A DNA stretch of 64,000 nucleotides from Octopus vulgaris (taxonomy: Eukaryota), in the NCBI GenBank assembly GCA_951406725.2, contig OX597831.1, positions 65,596,001 through 65,660,000 on the forward strand, written 5' to 3'. Position numbers and translations under genes: made by a program. The notes under the pieces are model-generated. The model had not been told where the DNA came from. It saw nothing but the letters and a program-made list of their open reading frames with translations, and ran no database searches. Below, one piece after another: positions 12,303 to 25,299 of this stretch (its first letter is position 1; every line of letters starts with the position of its first letter).

Positions 12303-12436
12303 AGTGTTTTGTTCATCATACTTAAACAAACCTTATTCAGGAACCTTTTGAGCGGGATGAGCTTCTCGGCTTGAAGAAAATTCTAACGGGGCTCCCACCT
12401 ATCAAGATAAATACCGCACTGTTTATCTTGATATTT
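12303..12436 (+). mobile_element. Fragment of the (ATT)n-flanked element family (see 45178-45720)
   Basis: CTTAAACAAACCTTATTCAGGAACCTTTTGAGC...GAAGAAAATTCTAAC matches the reverse complement of about 45318-45443. Confidence 0.75.
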
Positions 12437-12443
12437 TGACATC

Positions 12444-13590
12444 TTGCCTGTCTTTGTTAAGTTCAAAATGAAAAGTGATACTGATCGAATCTGGCACAAT
12501 TGGATTGAAAAGAATCCCATTTGGTATCCAGATAAAGTTCGGGATGGACGTTCACATGCACTACTGGAATTTCTCGAATCTTGTCAGACAGGCATTAAGG
12601 AAAACCTTAAAACAAGTGGAAAGAGGTCATGGAATAACCTCACAAATTCTCAGCGTTACGCACCGCATCGTCTTGATAATAATGATTCTATTGTTATCAA
12701 AATGGCGGATAAGGGAGGTGCTATTATAATTATGGACAAGAGTTAGTATATTTCGGCTTGTGAAGAAGTTCTAAATGACAAAACTTCATATGAAGAATTA
12801 CCTGTCGATCCAAACCCCAATTACAGAGAGGAACTTGAGAAAATAATTCTAGAAATGGAGGAAAACATTTTTATAAATATGGCTGAATCCAGGATTTTAC
12901 GGTCAGAAGGAAGAGCACCTATATTTTATTGTCTCCCTAAAATACATAAAAAGTTCGAAAAATTCCCCCCACTGTGCCCAATTTCCAGTAGATACAAATG
13001 TTGTACAACCAAAATTTCCGAGTGGCTGGATAGCTTTCTAATCGTAAAAAGTCGTAAAAAGATCGGGATACTTTTGATTTTGTGTCTAAAATCAACAACT
13101 TTTCTAAGTACCAAAGCAATGTCGAAAACTGTTCTTTGGTAACCATGGATGCCTCTTCTCCATATCCTAATACTGACCACGATGAAGGGGTGGAAGTATG
13201 CATGAATGCCTTCGAAAAACGGTCAAACAAAAGTTATTCCATCTAATTTTCTCTGTAAGTTACTGAGATTTGTGTTACTTTCTAACACATTGAAGTTAAA
13301 ACAAAAATCTTACCACCAGACGAGGGGTTGCACCATGGGTAGCCCCCCCCCCATGACAATTAATTTCGCTAATGTCTTCATGATGAAACTCGAGACGCAG
13401 TTACTGAAGACATTCAAATCATAACATGGTCATGAACCAATACTTAATGTTAGTAGTATAATGGTTTCGCCTATACTATATGAAAACTATACTTATTGAC
13501 TCTACTACATCTGAATATATTGAGCGGATACCTGTTGTGACTAAGGTCGATCATAACAAGCCTGTGGAAACGCGCGTAGCGATGCACTAT
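12444..13590 (+). pseudogene. Penelope-like retroelement reverse transcriptase pseudogene, 3'-truncated
   Basis: IVIKMADKGGAIIIMDK, FYCLPKIHK, PLCPISS, LVTMDASSPYPN, YHQTRGCTMGSP; stops and frameshifts; degenerate HHR remnant GAAA-CGCGCG-UA near 13567-13578. Confidence 0.9.
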
Positions 13591-13591
13591 G

Positions 13592-13725
<134 letters not shown>

Positions 13726-13794
13726 TTATCTATCTATCTGTCTGTCTGTCTATATGCGCGCGTGCGTGCGTGTGTGTGTGATTGTATGTGTGTG

Positions 13795-13986
13795 TGTGTT
13801 TGTCCCCCGCCACCGATTGACAAGCGGTTTTGGTATGTTTACGTCCTCGTAACTAAGCGGTTTGGCAGAAAAAACCGATAGAATAAGCACACCGCTTAAA
13901 ATAAATTAGGACTGGGGTCGATTCATTCATGTACAAATTCTTCAAGGCGGTGCCACAGCATGGTGACAGTCTAGTGACTGAAACAA

Positions 13987-13988
<2 letters not shown>
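13795..13988 (+). mobile_element. CORE-type SINE 3' half (diverged)
   Basis: TGACAAGCGG...GGGGTCGATT...AAGGCGGTGCCACAGCATGG...GACTGAAAC. Confidence 0.75.
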
Positions 13989-14053
<65 letters not shown>

Positions 14054-14199
14054 CAACGACCTCGAACCCACAAGAGTAAACAAGAGAGACAGAGACAGGC
14101 AGAAACAAGGAAAATACCACTTACATTTGAACACTATACAAATATTCTTTAAAAAAAACTTTCCTTTTAATTTTTGTAAATTTAATTATTTAATTGTTA

Positions 14200-14235
14200 C
14201 AGTTGAAAAAGGCTCAATGACTGAAACCGGTACTG
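14200..14235 (+). ncRNA. Hammerhead variant with U3-A8 core, within a short element between (TA)n tracts
   Basis: CAG-UUGAAAA-A-GGCUCAAUGACU-GAAA-CCGG-UA-CUG; palindromic stem III ACCGGU. Confidence 0.6.
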
Positions 14236-14283
14236 AAATGTTGTTTATAAAATTATTTTAGCATTTTCTATCCTGACTTGTTT

Positions 14284-14336
<53 letters not shown>

Positions 14337-14337
<1 letters not shown>

Positions 14338-14730
14338 TAGCAGTATCGCCCGGCGTTGCTCGGGTTGTAAGGGAAATAACTATATAAGCATTTATAGAGA
14401 GTTATAGCCAAAAAATAGCAAAAAAATGCATTAAAAATTGAAAAAGAATTAAGGTAAATTTTTTTTTAAATCGTTGACACATCGTAGATATTTTTAGAGA
14501 GTTACTTCCCTTATATAAAAGCGAAAAAAATGCATTAAAATGGAAAAATATGATGGTAAATTTTTTTAAATCGTAGACTCATCGTAGACGCACGCTAATA
14601 CCCAGAAGGGCTCGATATGAATCACGACTATAAGATACCCGCTTTTGGTTAAACTGCACCGCAAAATGTGGGAGTAGTTAGGAATCTAAATCGTAGGAGA
14701 CAGACACACAACTTCACTCTTATATAAAGA
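14337..14730 (-). mobile_element. Non-autonomous Helitron family B
   Basis: Minus strand 5' TCTTTATATA, 3' hairpin CCCGAGCAACGCCGGG followed by CTAG; internal tandem repeats. Confidence 0.82.
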
Positions 14731-15112
14731 TGCTTTTTTTTTTCAGTCATAGAGTTAGATTTATGAAGGTCTTCAGTAGAAAATCCTTCGAATTCTGACT
14801 CGCTGCTTGATATAATGAAATTCGTATCCATTTTTTGTCAGAATTACAAATTTTGAAAACACAATAGGAACAAATTTCGGAAAAAAATCTCCCATAATTC
14901 ACGGAATTAAAATTACACTTCGATTTTTGTACAAAACTGTAGTTGAAGTGTTTACGAAGTATAATACGTGTTTTCACGAATGTACTAAAGAGATTTGCTC
15001 TGATATTCTCATTTAAATATGAATAGGTAAATTCGGGCGGCTTGGTAACTATATATAAGTGTCGTCTGTTTATACATAAACACTGTTTCATACTGCAATT
15101 ATATATACATAT

Positions 15113-15894
15113 ATCTATATATAATATTATATAATAAAATATATACAGAGTAAAATAAAAACCAATTTACCTTTTCTGTCCGTCCGTGTGTCTTTGCAAA
15201 TGTGTTGGAATGATAAGTGAGTTGAGTTTTGGCGCCTTTTTTACTAATAACAAACACACACGTGTTTGTATGTAGTTGTATGTGTATGTAGTTGTATGTA
15301 GTTGTATGTGTATGCGTGTGTGTGAGGAATGACACACACACACTCACGCACGCACACATGTACATCAATGCTTTCGGAGTGATATGTTAAAATATTGAGT
15401 TTTCTCGAATTTTGTCTTAATTGGTGGTAAAATTGAAAGAAATTTTTTATGGCATCACCCACTGAAGTACTCTGAAAAATCTTAGGTAAATTCTAATTGA
15501 AGAAATTGTGTGAGGAGTAAATGGTTATGTATTTATTTGTTTCTGTTTGCTGTGTTTTTTTATTTTTTGAGTAGTGGTTTAAATACTTTCAGTTTAGTCT
15601 TCCTCAAATCACTCTGTCGCTATTTACTTTCATTTTATTCGTCGCACACTGTGTGTGTGCGTTTGCGTGTGGTGTAAACCAGACTAAGAAAAGCATTTGA
15701 CACACACACCAGAATGTGAGTTTTCTGTAAATTTTGCTTAATTGGAGTTTAAATTTTAAAAACTGGATCTAGCATGACGCGATGCATTCTACTCTTAAAA
15801 ATGCTAGGTAAATTGTAATTGAAGAAATCCTATATTGTAGATTTCTATAACTCCCAAAGGGAGGCAGATAAAATCTGCCTTTTATAATAAGAGA
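15113..15894 (-). mobile_element. Probable Helitron-like element with internal ~110-bp duplication
   Basis: Minus-strand TCTCTTATTATAAAAGGCAG start; 15397-15507 resembles 15718-15828. Confidence 0.45.
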
Positions 15895-16035
15895 TATGGG
15901 TGTACATTTTTATAGGAGGACCCACGGGAATAATTACAAGGTAGCTAAATGCTGCTTAAGTGTCCCAGGAAACAACAATCACACTTGTGTGTGATTTGAT
16001 TCCGGGATAAATAAATCGTATTTAGGAGAAAATAG

Positions 16036-16163
16036 GAAAATTTGTATAAGGAGACAAAAGGTCAGGACGCTATTCATATCTTCATATCTTCTATATGTAG
16101 AAGATATGAAGATATAAATGATTCAATAACATCCTGACCTTTTGTCTCCTTATACAATTTTTC
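16036..16163. repeat. 128-bp near-perfect palindrome/hairpin
   Basis: Outer ~39-bp arms and a perfect 18-bp inner arm ATATCTTCATATCTTCTA/TAGAAGATATGAAGATAT. Confidence 0.9.
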
Positions 16164-16216
16164 ATATGTATGTTGTATATATATATATGAGACCAAAGTG
16201 TACATACGTCGCTATG

Positions 16217-16270
<54 letters not shown>

Positions 16271-16599
16271 TATAAAATACAAAATGGGACAAGAACGCAA
16301 AATATCCAGACAGTTTGATGATACAAGAAAGAGACAACAAAACATCCAAATAGACGATACAAAGAAAACAAAGATATTCGGAGTTTTCTTTCCTCAGTCG
16401 AGTTCCAGACTATCTTTTCAATTTCGGCTGTTTATATTCGAGACTGATCCAACCTGGCCAGTCCCCTTTCATCAATTACAAAAGCCGGTCCTTGAACTTG
16501 TTAGTAAAGACGGCCTGTTAAAGTGGGTTACTTCGAGGTTATTCAAGATTGTTCAGTTATTCTACTCAGATATGAAAATATCATTTTGATTGATGAATC

Positions 16600-17700
16600 T
16601 TCCAGGAATCTTTCAGCATTTTGTTTTTCACTGACATGCTGGAGTGCACATTTCGAGCAACAACTTATAGTATTTAACTTAACATTAGATGAAACTGGAA
16701 ACCATTCAATCTATTCCGACGGGCAGAATACAAAGTGCGCGTACACATCAGAGAGAAACAGCGGCACTGGCAAAGCACTTGAAGGAGCAGCTGCTGCGCC
16801 ACCCCAGAGACAGTCTCATAAGAGTTTGCCAAGTCTTTGGATCCATCATCAGTTTGAAGAAGATGAAAATGTTGGGCTAAAGTGTTGAGCACTCCTCTAC
16901 CATTACAACCAACACTTGCGAGGTGGAGGTAGTCCATTAGTTTACACATCTCAGCTTCACTATAACGGACAATCTAGAGATTAGAAGAGCTGCCTCAACA
17001 GTAACTAGGCTGACCGTGAGTGTCTAGAAAAACAATGAGTTAACAGTGCCCAAGAAAGTTGCAGTCTGCAGATATTGCTTTCTGAAGACACTGCTTTACA
17101 GCATGTATTCCAGACACGACAGGCATCTCAAAGCCTCCTACTCATGCAGGCTAAGAAGGAACCTGGACATTATGTGGTCTGACCGAGTCATCAACAACAA
17201 AGTCCTTGTCTGCACGCAGTTACTCAGCCTCCTTATCCTACTGTAACGACGAAATCGCCGCTGAGTAAGCCTCATACACAGCTTGGTCGAAGAGAACGCC
17301 GAGGGACCTTCTGTATGAGGAATTGGTCTGCAACAAGAAAATAGAAGGTCGATCCTATTCTCGTTCCAAAGATGTCTGCAGGAGAGTGAAGTCTCTGTAC
17401 AAGAATGATGGGAGATGGGAGGACATTATTTATGATCGCTTTCGCTGCAAACTGGAACTAGACAAGGGTTAAAAAGACTAGAAGAGATAGTGAGGCTAGC
17501 CGATGAAGAAAAGCAAAAATCGACAGAAAACAGCACCGTGATGAACCAGACAGGGAGCGCCTTCGAATACAATCACTGAAGCCTTGACTCTTTCACTCAC
17601 TTGCAAGCTTCCAGCGCCACAGCTGACTCTGTTCTACCAACAAGACCAAAGCAAGACTTTCCAGGCAGAGATCCATAGTCTTACAAAGCTAACGAATATC
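16600..17700 (+). pseudogene. RTE-clade LINE, decayed RT C-terminal half
   Basis: AALAKHLKEQL..CQVFGSIISLKKM, KTLLYS, RLRRNLDIMWSDRVINNKVL, GRSYSRSKDVC. Confidence 0.8.
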
Positions 17701-18120
17701 TCCTCCACTTCCTCCACTTCCTCCTCCTCTTCCTCTACCTCCTCTTCCTCTACCTCCTCTTCCTCTACCTCCTCTTCTCTTCCTCTTCCTCCTCCTCTTC
17801 CTCTTCCTCCTCTTCTTCCTCTTCCTCCTCTTCCTCTTCTTCCTCTACCTCCTCTTCCTCCTCTTCCTCTACCTCCTCTTCCTCTTCCTCTTCCCTCTAC
17901 CTCCTCTTCCTCTTCCTCCTCTACCTCCTCTTCCTCTTCCTCCTCTTCCTCCTCCTCTTCCTCTTCCTCTTCCTCTTCTTCCTCTACCTCCTCTTCCTCT
18001 TCCTCCTCTACCTCCTCTACCTCCTCTTCCTCTTCCTCCTCTACCTCCTCTTCCTCCTCTACCTCCTCTTCCTTTTCCTCTTCCTCCTCCTCCTCCTCCT
18101 TTCCGTTCCCCCCCTCCTCC
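17700..18120. repeat. Polypyrimidine (CCT/CTT)n microsatellite
   Basis: Directly visible; source of the poly-S/E/RG ORFs. Confidence 0.95.
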
Positions 18121-19232
18121 ACGTATAGAATATAAAAGTGCGTTCACCTCATTAATTACTGTCGGTCAGAAAGTTAATTCCGATTCAGTGTTGATTGAGT
18201 TGCGAAATTGGAACAAGAATTGTTTCAGACCGCATACCTGGCAGTTTTAAACACATCAACTTACAATTGATCATTTATTAGATATTATAAAAATGAATTA
18301 GGGCTGGAATTATCTGGAAGAATATACGAAGCTTTTGGGAGATCCAATTGTGATTAATTGATTAGTCGATGATAGCTGCGCAGCTTTCGTGATATCTGCA
18401 TTTTGATCTTTTGTATGATCGATCAACAAATGAATGCATTTATCTATTTCTACGTTAACAATAATTTTATTCCATACTTCGTATCAAAATTCTCCAAGGA
18501 GAGAGCCACCAACAATAATCTTCCATCGGGAAAACTTTCTCGTGTTTATATTGATAATACTTTTGAATAATATTCTATTAAATATCAAGCAATATACAAT
18601 ATAAAAGTAGCCCAGCTTTATTATATCGGATGGCACGCTGTTGTTTCTCTTTTTAATACGTAAATAAATGAAATAAGTAATGATTCACAACTTAATAGTC
18701 TCCAGAGATAGGTTTGAATATCAGAAAGGCTTTATTGAAACTATATTTATACTAACTTAGAAAAGATGCACAGTACAGACGGCAGCAGTTCAGTTTCTAT
18801 CGGCTGAGTCTACTTCAAGAGTACAGAAATTTAAACCAGTCAATTCTGACGCGGCATTTAGCTTCGTTATGAAGCTACTCCCACGCCTAGAAGTACATCT
18901 ATTTGTTGTGGAATCTTTCCCTCCTCTCTTTATCACAATTTAGTTTCAAATGTCTAATTACGAGTGAAATGAACTTACTATTGTCGGAGGTTCTTATATT
19001 TATAACTCTGTGAATACTCAATGTTCAAAGTTTAGGGTTAATAATAATAATAATAATAATAAAAGAAGAGAAGCCAGATTTGGTATTTTCGTTAAGATGC
19101 AAAGTACATTTATTAAAATTATAGTTTGGTTAAATTAAGTTGGTAATGAGAACAAAGCGTCAAGGTAACACGGAAAGGAAATCTGAATCAATACAAATAT
19201 GAAAAAAATGAAAAAAGAGACATTGAAATTTG

Positions 19233-19370
<138 letters not shown>

Positions 19371-19529
19371 GTGTGTGTGTAAAGACGAAAGAGAATAGAG
19401 GAAATGATTACTATGTTAAATGGTACATGTGAATAAAAGCAAATAAATTATGGAGAAAAAATTATCCAGAATGAGACTGAAAAGAGAAAAAAAATTATAC
19501 TATTATTGAAATGACTGGTTATGCAAAAT

Positions 19530-19660
19530 TGTACAGTAGCAAGTAACTGCATCATCAGCAGACAAAATAATAGATGGAGTCAGGCCATGGTTGCCATGAT
19601 ATAAATGAAAATAATTTGTAAACAGAGGCGGTTTCCTTTGTCGCCAACGTCTCCTTTATA
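19530..19660 (-). pseudogene. Decayed LINE RT core fragment
   Basis: RQ..PL...LF followed by SIILSADDAV (YADD-like). Confidence 0.4.
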
Positions 19661-20182
19661 TTTTGATCAGTGCTAGTTAGTTCCTCTATGTACCCCTTCA
19701 CCGCTAACACATACCAATTACCACGAACCTATTCAGATTTTCATATACAATTACACATTAAAGTAGAAAGAAGTAAGAAACCATCATCATTATCATAAGC
19801 AACTTCTCATTATTCAGTATTCAAACTGAGGCCCTGTTTGCTACGGTTTGATAATACTGCCAACAGGCATCAAATTAACCGAGGGAAAACACCTCGACGG
19901 AGTGTTGTCCATTCTACGTACACATACGGTAAGGTCTCACTTGTGTATTGTAGTTAATTGAAATACTTTAATTAACTGAATTCATCTAATTAATTAGTAG
20001 ACCAAATCTACCTTCAGGTGTCTTTAAAATCTAAAAACTACAAATAAGGGAAATAACCCTAATACCGCCACGATTGAAATGTTTTGGACAATAAAGTCAA
20101 TGCAGATGTGTTGTCCCCTCCACGCTGATTTGTCCTTAGTGTTTTGTTTAGAATTTAAATATTTAAAGGCGGAATTTTTTTT

Positions 20183-20371
20183 GGCGATCCTTCGGTATAG
20201 GTACACAAGTGACTTTGTTTACATTTCTGAAGATAACAGAAACCCTTTTCTTCCACCTCTAACCCTAACCCTAACACAAACCCTAACCCTAACCCTAGCC
20301 CCCGTATATAAATAAACAACACTTTCTTGAAATGTATCCGGTACTTCCGGTACTTATACCGAAGTTACGCC
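20183..20371. mobile_element. Small MITE with GG-starting imperfect TIRs and internal (CCCTAA)n
   Basis: GGCGATCCTTCGGTATAGGTAC / GTACTTATACCGAAGTTACGCC; T8 on both sides (possible 8-bp TSD). Confidence 0.7.
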
Positions 20372-21069
20372 TTTTTTTTTTTTCATCAACTAATTGTTTG
20401 GATAGTCTCTGTTGAATGACCCTTTCGGTTCACTGTATTACGTATCTGAGACCTTGTCATATTGGTATTCATCGAAGTGCTGCTTGTAATTTTACTTCTG
20501 GCACAGAGTGATTATTTCTATCGGTCACTGTTTACCGCCCACTCAGTTCCTCACAGTATTTGCTATAAACGTGTGCTGCGAGAACACTTTTTAATCATTG
20601 ATCAATAATATTATTCCGTTGCTTTCCTTTTCTCTTCGCATTTACTAGTACTCCTCTAACAAACCATTTAGCTGTCATATAACCTCACCAGTAACACTTT
20701 AACAGAATATTGGTTTCATACACTCGACCAATGTTCTCTTAAAGTGAGACAAGCCATGACATTACGTTGAAAAATCAATAACAATATTTACATATAATTT
20801 GACCTTGCCCTGCGAGCTTTCATAACGTCAGGAGGATTTCCATTTATGCTGCATTTATGCTTCCGTACAAATCTCGCTTTACATTAAATGGTTTAACGGA
20901 CGTGATAATTTTAATCTATATGTTAGATTAAATTTCAGTTTGTTTCTGTCAGGTTTACTGATGATGCGGAATTAAATGTATTGGAATATAAGCTGCATAA
21001 AGTTTTGGTAACTTCCTACTAAGCCCTGTAGGTTATATAACACATTTCAGAGGAGTCGGTAGCAACTGT

Positions 21070-21149
<80 letters not shown>

Positions 21150-21155
<6 letters not shown>

Positions 21156-21349
21156 TGTGTTTGTGTGTCTGTGTTTGTCCCCCTAGCATTGCTTGACAAC
21201 CGATGCTGGTGTGTTTACGTCCCCATAACTTAGCGGTTCGGCAAAAGAGAGACTGATAGAATAAGTCCTGGAGTCGATTTGCTCGACTAAAGGTGGTGCT
21301 CCAGCATGGCCGCAGTCAAATGACTGAAACAAGTAAAAGAGTAAAAGAA
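21150..21349 (+). mobile_element. CORE-type SINE 3' half
   Basis: Matches the 41246 copy; GAGTAAAA tail repeats. Confidence 0.88.
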
Positions 21350-21743
21350 TAGTTAGAATATTTAATTAAATAATAGTTATATATAGTTTATTTATAGCAG
21401 GATTTTATTGAGAAATCTTTTATCTGTAATATAATCGCTTCATTCTTTTTTGTCTTGTGTTGCATTTAACATTTCAGTCATCCTTGGAACAGGTATGTGC
21501 TGAATATGAGTATTAATGTTAGCGGTTAAATAGCAATCATCTATACTCGATTGGCCGGTGTGCTTCCGAGGGGAATATTGAGTTGGCACTATTGTATTAG
21601 ATGTCTGAAGAGTAAGCAGGCGCAGTGAAAAACAGTTTGAAGTTAATATTTATTTCGCGTGGATAGCCCTCTCATTCCACAGACACATACACATACATGC
21701 GAATTCTCAATAAGTTAGCAATATTCAAATACGCCTAGACGTC

Positions 21744-21819
<76 letters not shown>

Positions 21820-21867
21820 GTCTGTCTGTCTGTCTGTCTGTATGTCTTTCTGTCTGTCTGTCTGTCT

Positions 21868-22054
21868 AGGGAGAGTTTACGAAAAAAACAAAAGACGAAG
21901 ACAGGTGGTGTACAAAACAAACAGATGTATTAGTATAACGCTCAGGAATAGAAAAAGTCTTTTACGTTTCGAGCCTACGCTCTTCTACAGAAAGGGACAT
22001 AGAAAAAACAAGGAGAGAAACAAGGAGAGAAAAAAATGTGTGAAGTGGCTAACG

Positions 22055-22057
<3 letters not shown>
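21868..22057 (-). mobile_element. Short Penelope-like element with HHR variant at 21959-21994, inside (TCTA)n
   Basis: CUUU-CUGUAGA-A-GAGC/GCUC-GAAA-CG-UA-AAAG; near-identical to 10819-10999. Confidence 0.75.
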
Positions 22058-22143
<86 letters not shown>

Positions 22144-22562
22144 CCTACATACCTATAAACCTACCTACCTACCTATCAACTCCCGCTCCTTTTCTGTCTT
22201 TATACCAAACTATCTACGTCCCCCTATATAAGTAGGTACCTATCTAAATACTTATCTATATCCTACCTACATCTTACACGATAATATCCATCCCCATGCA
22301 TTTTCAGTACCAACTGTTACCAACATTTGTGATACTTAACCAGTCTTTTAAAAATTTTTTATCTTCCACTTGTTTCAGTCATTGGACTGCGGCCATACTG
22401 GGGCACCGCCTCGAAGAATTTTCATAGTCGAATGAATCGATCCTGCTACTCATTTTTCTATTACTTTTTTTAAAGACTGGTACCTATTCTATCGGTCTTT
22501 TTTGCCGAAGCGTTAACACACCAACCCCAGTTGTCAAGCGGTGATGGGGACAAACACTGACA

Positions 22563-22642
<80 letters not shown>

Positions 22643-22697
22643 CAAGCACGCACACATACATTCAATAATATCAATGCCAAATAATGATAAGGCATAC

Positions 22698-22896
22698 GCG
22701 AACTTTAGGCTAGCTAAAGTATGTTTGTGACATATTTCAACTTGTAAAGGCAAACTGACGGCAGTTACTGTGGTGAAAAAGATTCTTTTACACCTTTTAC
22801 CACGAGAGACAAACTTTTTCTCCATAGTAACTGCTGTGAATATGCTTTTGAAGTTGAAATGTGTCACAAACATATTCTAACTAGCCTAAAGTTTGC
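22698..22896. mobile_element. Palindromic (fold-back) MITE
   Basis: ~85-bp imperfect inverted arms AACTTTAGGCTAG...GCAGTTACTGTGG / CCATAGTAACTGC...CTAGCCTAAAGTT. Confidence 0.82.
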
Positions 22897-22924
22897 TGAG
22901 CCATGTAAAGACACACGTGCTTTT

Positions 22925-23100
22925 CTCGAACTATTCTTTTCTTTCCCGGTGGACACGTTTTCCTCTTTTCTCTTTCTGACGAAGAACCTTCTCCGAAGCG
23001 TCACACATTAAGCTTTCTCTGAGCGGCAAAATTATCGATTTACTGTGTACGTCCTTTTCACTTTTCTTGTTTTTCCTAATTTTGTTTTTATTTTTGATTT
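22925..23100 (+). mobile_element. Diverged HHR-bearing element (9826 family)
   Basis: CUGACGA-AGAACCUUCUCC-GAAGCGUC; downstream CTGAGCG...ACGTCC as in the 9826 family. Confidence 0.5.
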
Positions 23101-23257
23101 GCCTACACTTAGACACACACAAACACACATGCAAACACGACGAGTTTCTTTCAGTTTCCGTCTATTAAATCCACGGGGCTATACCAGAAGACACTTGCCG
23201 AAGGTGCCACACAGTGAAACTGAACCTGGGACCATGTGGTTAGGAAGCAAGCTTCTT

Positions 23258-25254
23258 TATTTCATTACATTTGCCATAAAGGCACAATACAGATGAAGCT
23301 TTGCGGGCTGGACACAGACACAATGATGATGACGGAATGAAAAAAGAGATGGTTGGTGGGGGAAGCAGCCAACGCTGATTGTTACTTCCCGATAACATTG
23401 TTCTTGCTTTTAGAAACACAAATGAGGTGTTGAACCCCTTACAACAATTACAAATTGAGTCGCTGAGCCGCTTACCAATCAAAAAAAGTTAAGAAAATAT
23501 TCAACTTGAGGCGCTAAAGCTCTCACGAATCTCCAAGTTCGAATCGAGGCACTAAGACCTCTTACTCTGCCTCCCCGATTAAGTCTCTTGCCCCCCGCAG
23601 GCAAGCCTGAAGTCGCAAGCCGGGGTCCCATGAAAGATAATTATATTCTTCCTTAGTAAAGGAATCCATTACCCTATAGAAATAATTTTCCTCTATGACC
23701 TCCGCAGACACCTGCGGAGGCCAATCCGGGCTATCAATGCAGGTCAGGACCGCCTTTTCCCGACCTTCAAGATTCCTCACAAAGTTCCCTTAAGAAAGAA
23801 GATCACAAATTCCTCATTTATTACACTGGGAGGGGCCACAGTTTCCTCCGTCGGTGGCACAATCCCACCGACGAGGTTTCAGGACATGTCGGCAGTGTAC
23901 TGCTAACCGCCGGCATTGTCCAATTCTTTTTCTTCTTTTTTCTTGTCTTTGATACGGGAGGGGGGTAGTTCCTTCGCTTTAACCGGATGATCATCGCTCC
24001 CTCCCGCAGCTTTAGGGTCCTTCGGTGAGCAACCATTGTTGCCCGCCTTCTTCCTTTTTTCCCCTTTTCCCGGGGAGGTTTCTACCTCCTCGACTACCTC
24101 CATCTCTCCCTCCGGAGGAGGAGAGGGCTCTTCCACAACCAACTGTTCCAGGTCCTGGGGACAGTTCTTTTTGATGTGGCCCGGTTCCAGGCACAGGTGA
24201 CATTTGGTGGTGGTGGTAGGGGGCGTCCCTCAAGAATCATCGGGTACCTACAACCGGCCATTTTCAAAAAATCAGATTTTTGACTGATTGGGTCCACAGG
24301 GTCAAAACAACTTTTGACCCAACCCAATCAGCCGCAGGCAAAAATTTAACATTAAGCAGCTTGGATCCGCTGCTATCCAGACCCCGGCGGATAGTGTTCT
24401 CTATCCACTCGGGTTCTATCCCGGGTGGTAACTCGCAGACCCAAGCTCTTGTCAACTTCTTCCTACCATACGTGGGAAGAAACAAAATCTCTTTGCTGGT
24501 TCGCAAATTTGCGAGCCTCCTCAGGGGTGTCAAATAACAACCACACCGTTGCATATTTGACCGCCCTGGAGATTAATTTAATAGTTGGCAAATACTCTGC
24601 CAACTCTTTTTCAATTTGAGTCTTTTGAAAGAGGGCGATGGTGTCGAGCGACTTTGAGTAAGTCCTTAACATCACCGTCCTCTCTTCAAAGTCTTTCATC
24701 CACTGTTTGGGCGGAACAATCTCCCACTCCATCGCAGTGTTGTTTGTCTTTTTTGCCATGTTTTTTTTTTGGAAAAAAGTTCACAGTATTAAAAAAAACC
24801 AAAAATACAGAAAGGAAGGAAGAAGACAAGAAACAGCTCCAAAACACAGCAAACTATTCTGGTTGTCTTGGTACTCCTGGCCAACTCGGTAATCCTCTTG
24901 GTAAGGACACAAAACAGTTACACAACAATTTCACCAAAAATTGGTAAAAAATAAGCACAATTATAGTGGGGGGGGGGGTACACCCCCAAAACACACTTCT
25001 CACCGCTAAGTGAGACTTTAAGCACAACTACAGGCAGACAATCTGCCAGGAACTCAGTGGATATTTCTTGCTCGACAAAAATAAATAAACACAAGCAATA
25101 CACCGCCACTGAATCCCGAACCCCGAAACAAATGTCTTACCTGGTAGTTGTGCTTCACTTGTTCAATAATTCACGACGTTGGTGTACAGCGACGTGACCC
25201 CTAGCAGTGCAAAGAAAACAGTGACCAACGCATGCGCATGAAGCAGGCTTCTTG
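23258..25254 (-). mobile_element. ORF1-only (HAL1-like) Tx1/L1-type retroelement
   Basis: 15-bp TSD GGAAGCAAGCTTCTT (23243-23257, 25255-25269); no RT or EN within boundaries; 3' end forms AATAAA with the TSD. Confidence 0.75.
23562..24759 (-). pseudogene. Gag-like ORF1 with CCHC zinc knuckle (frameshifted)
   Basis: Overlapping ORFs join into MAKKTNN...ELPPGIEPEWI...LEGRP..KCHLCLEPGHIKKNCP (CX2CX4HX4C) plus a charged low-complexity tail. Confidence 0.85.
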
Positions 25255-25299
25255 GGAAGCAAGCTTCTTACTACACTGCCATGCTCTATACATATTAAA

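Larger units (their letters stand above)
22364..25287 (-). mobile_element. CORE-type SINE split by nested insertions (pieces 22364-22565, 23137-23257, 25255-25287)
   Basis: Collinear SINE pieces separated by a MITE, an HHR element and the ORF1-only element. Confidence 0.7.

Noticed and set aside
17584-18147. Poly-Ser/Pro, poly-Glu and RGG-like ORFs
   Set aside because: Stop-free (CCT)n microsatellite read in several frames; no splice or codon evidence
20259-20297. (CCCTAA)n as a chromosome end or fusion site
   Set aside because: Short and contained within MITE TIRs
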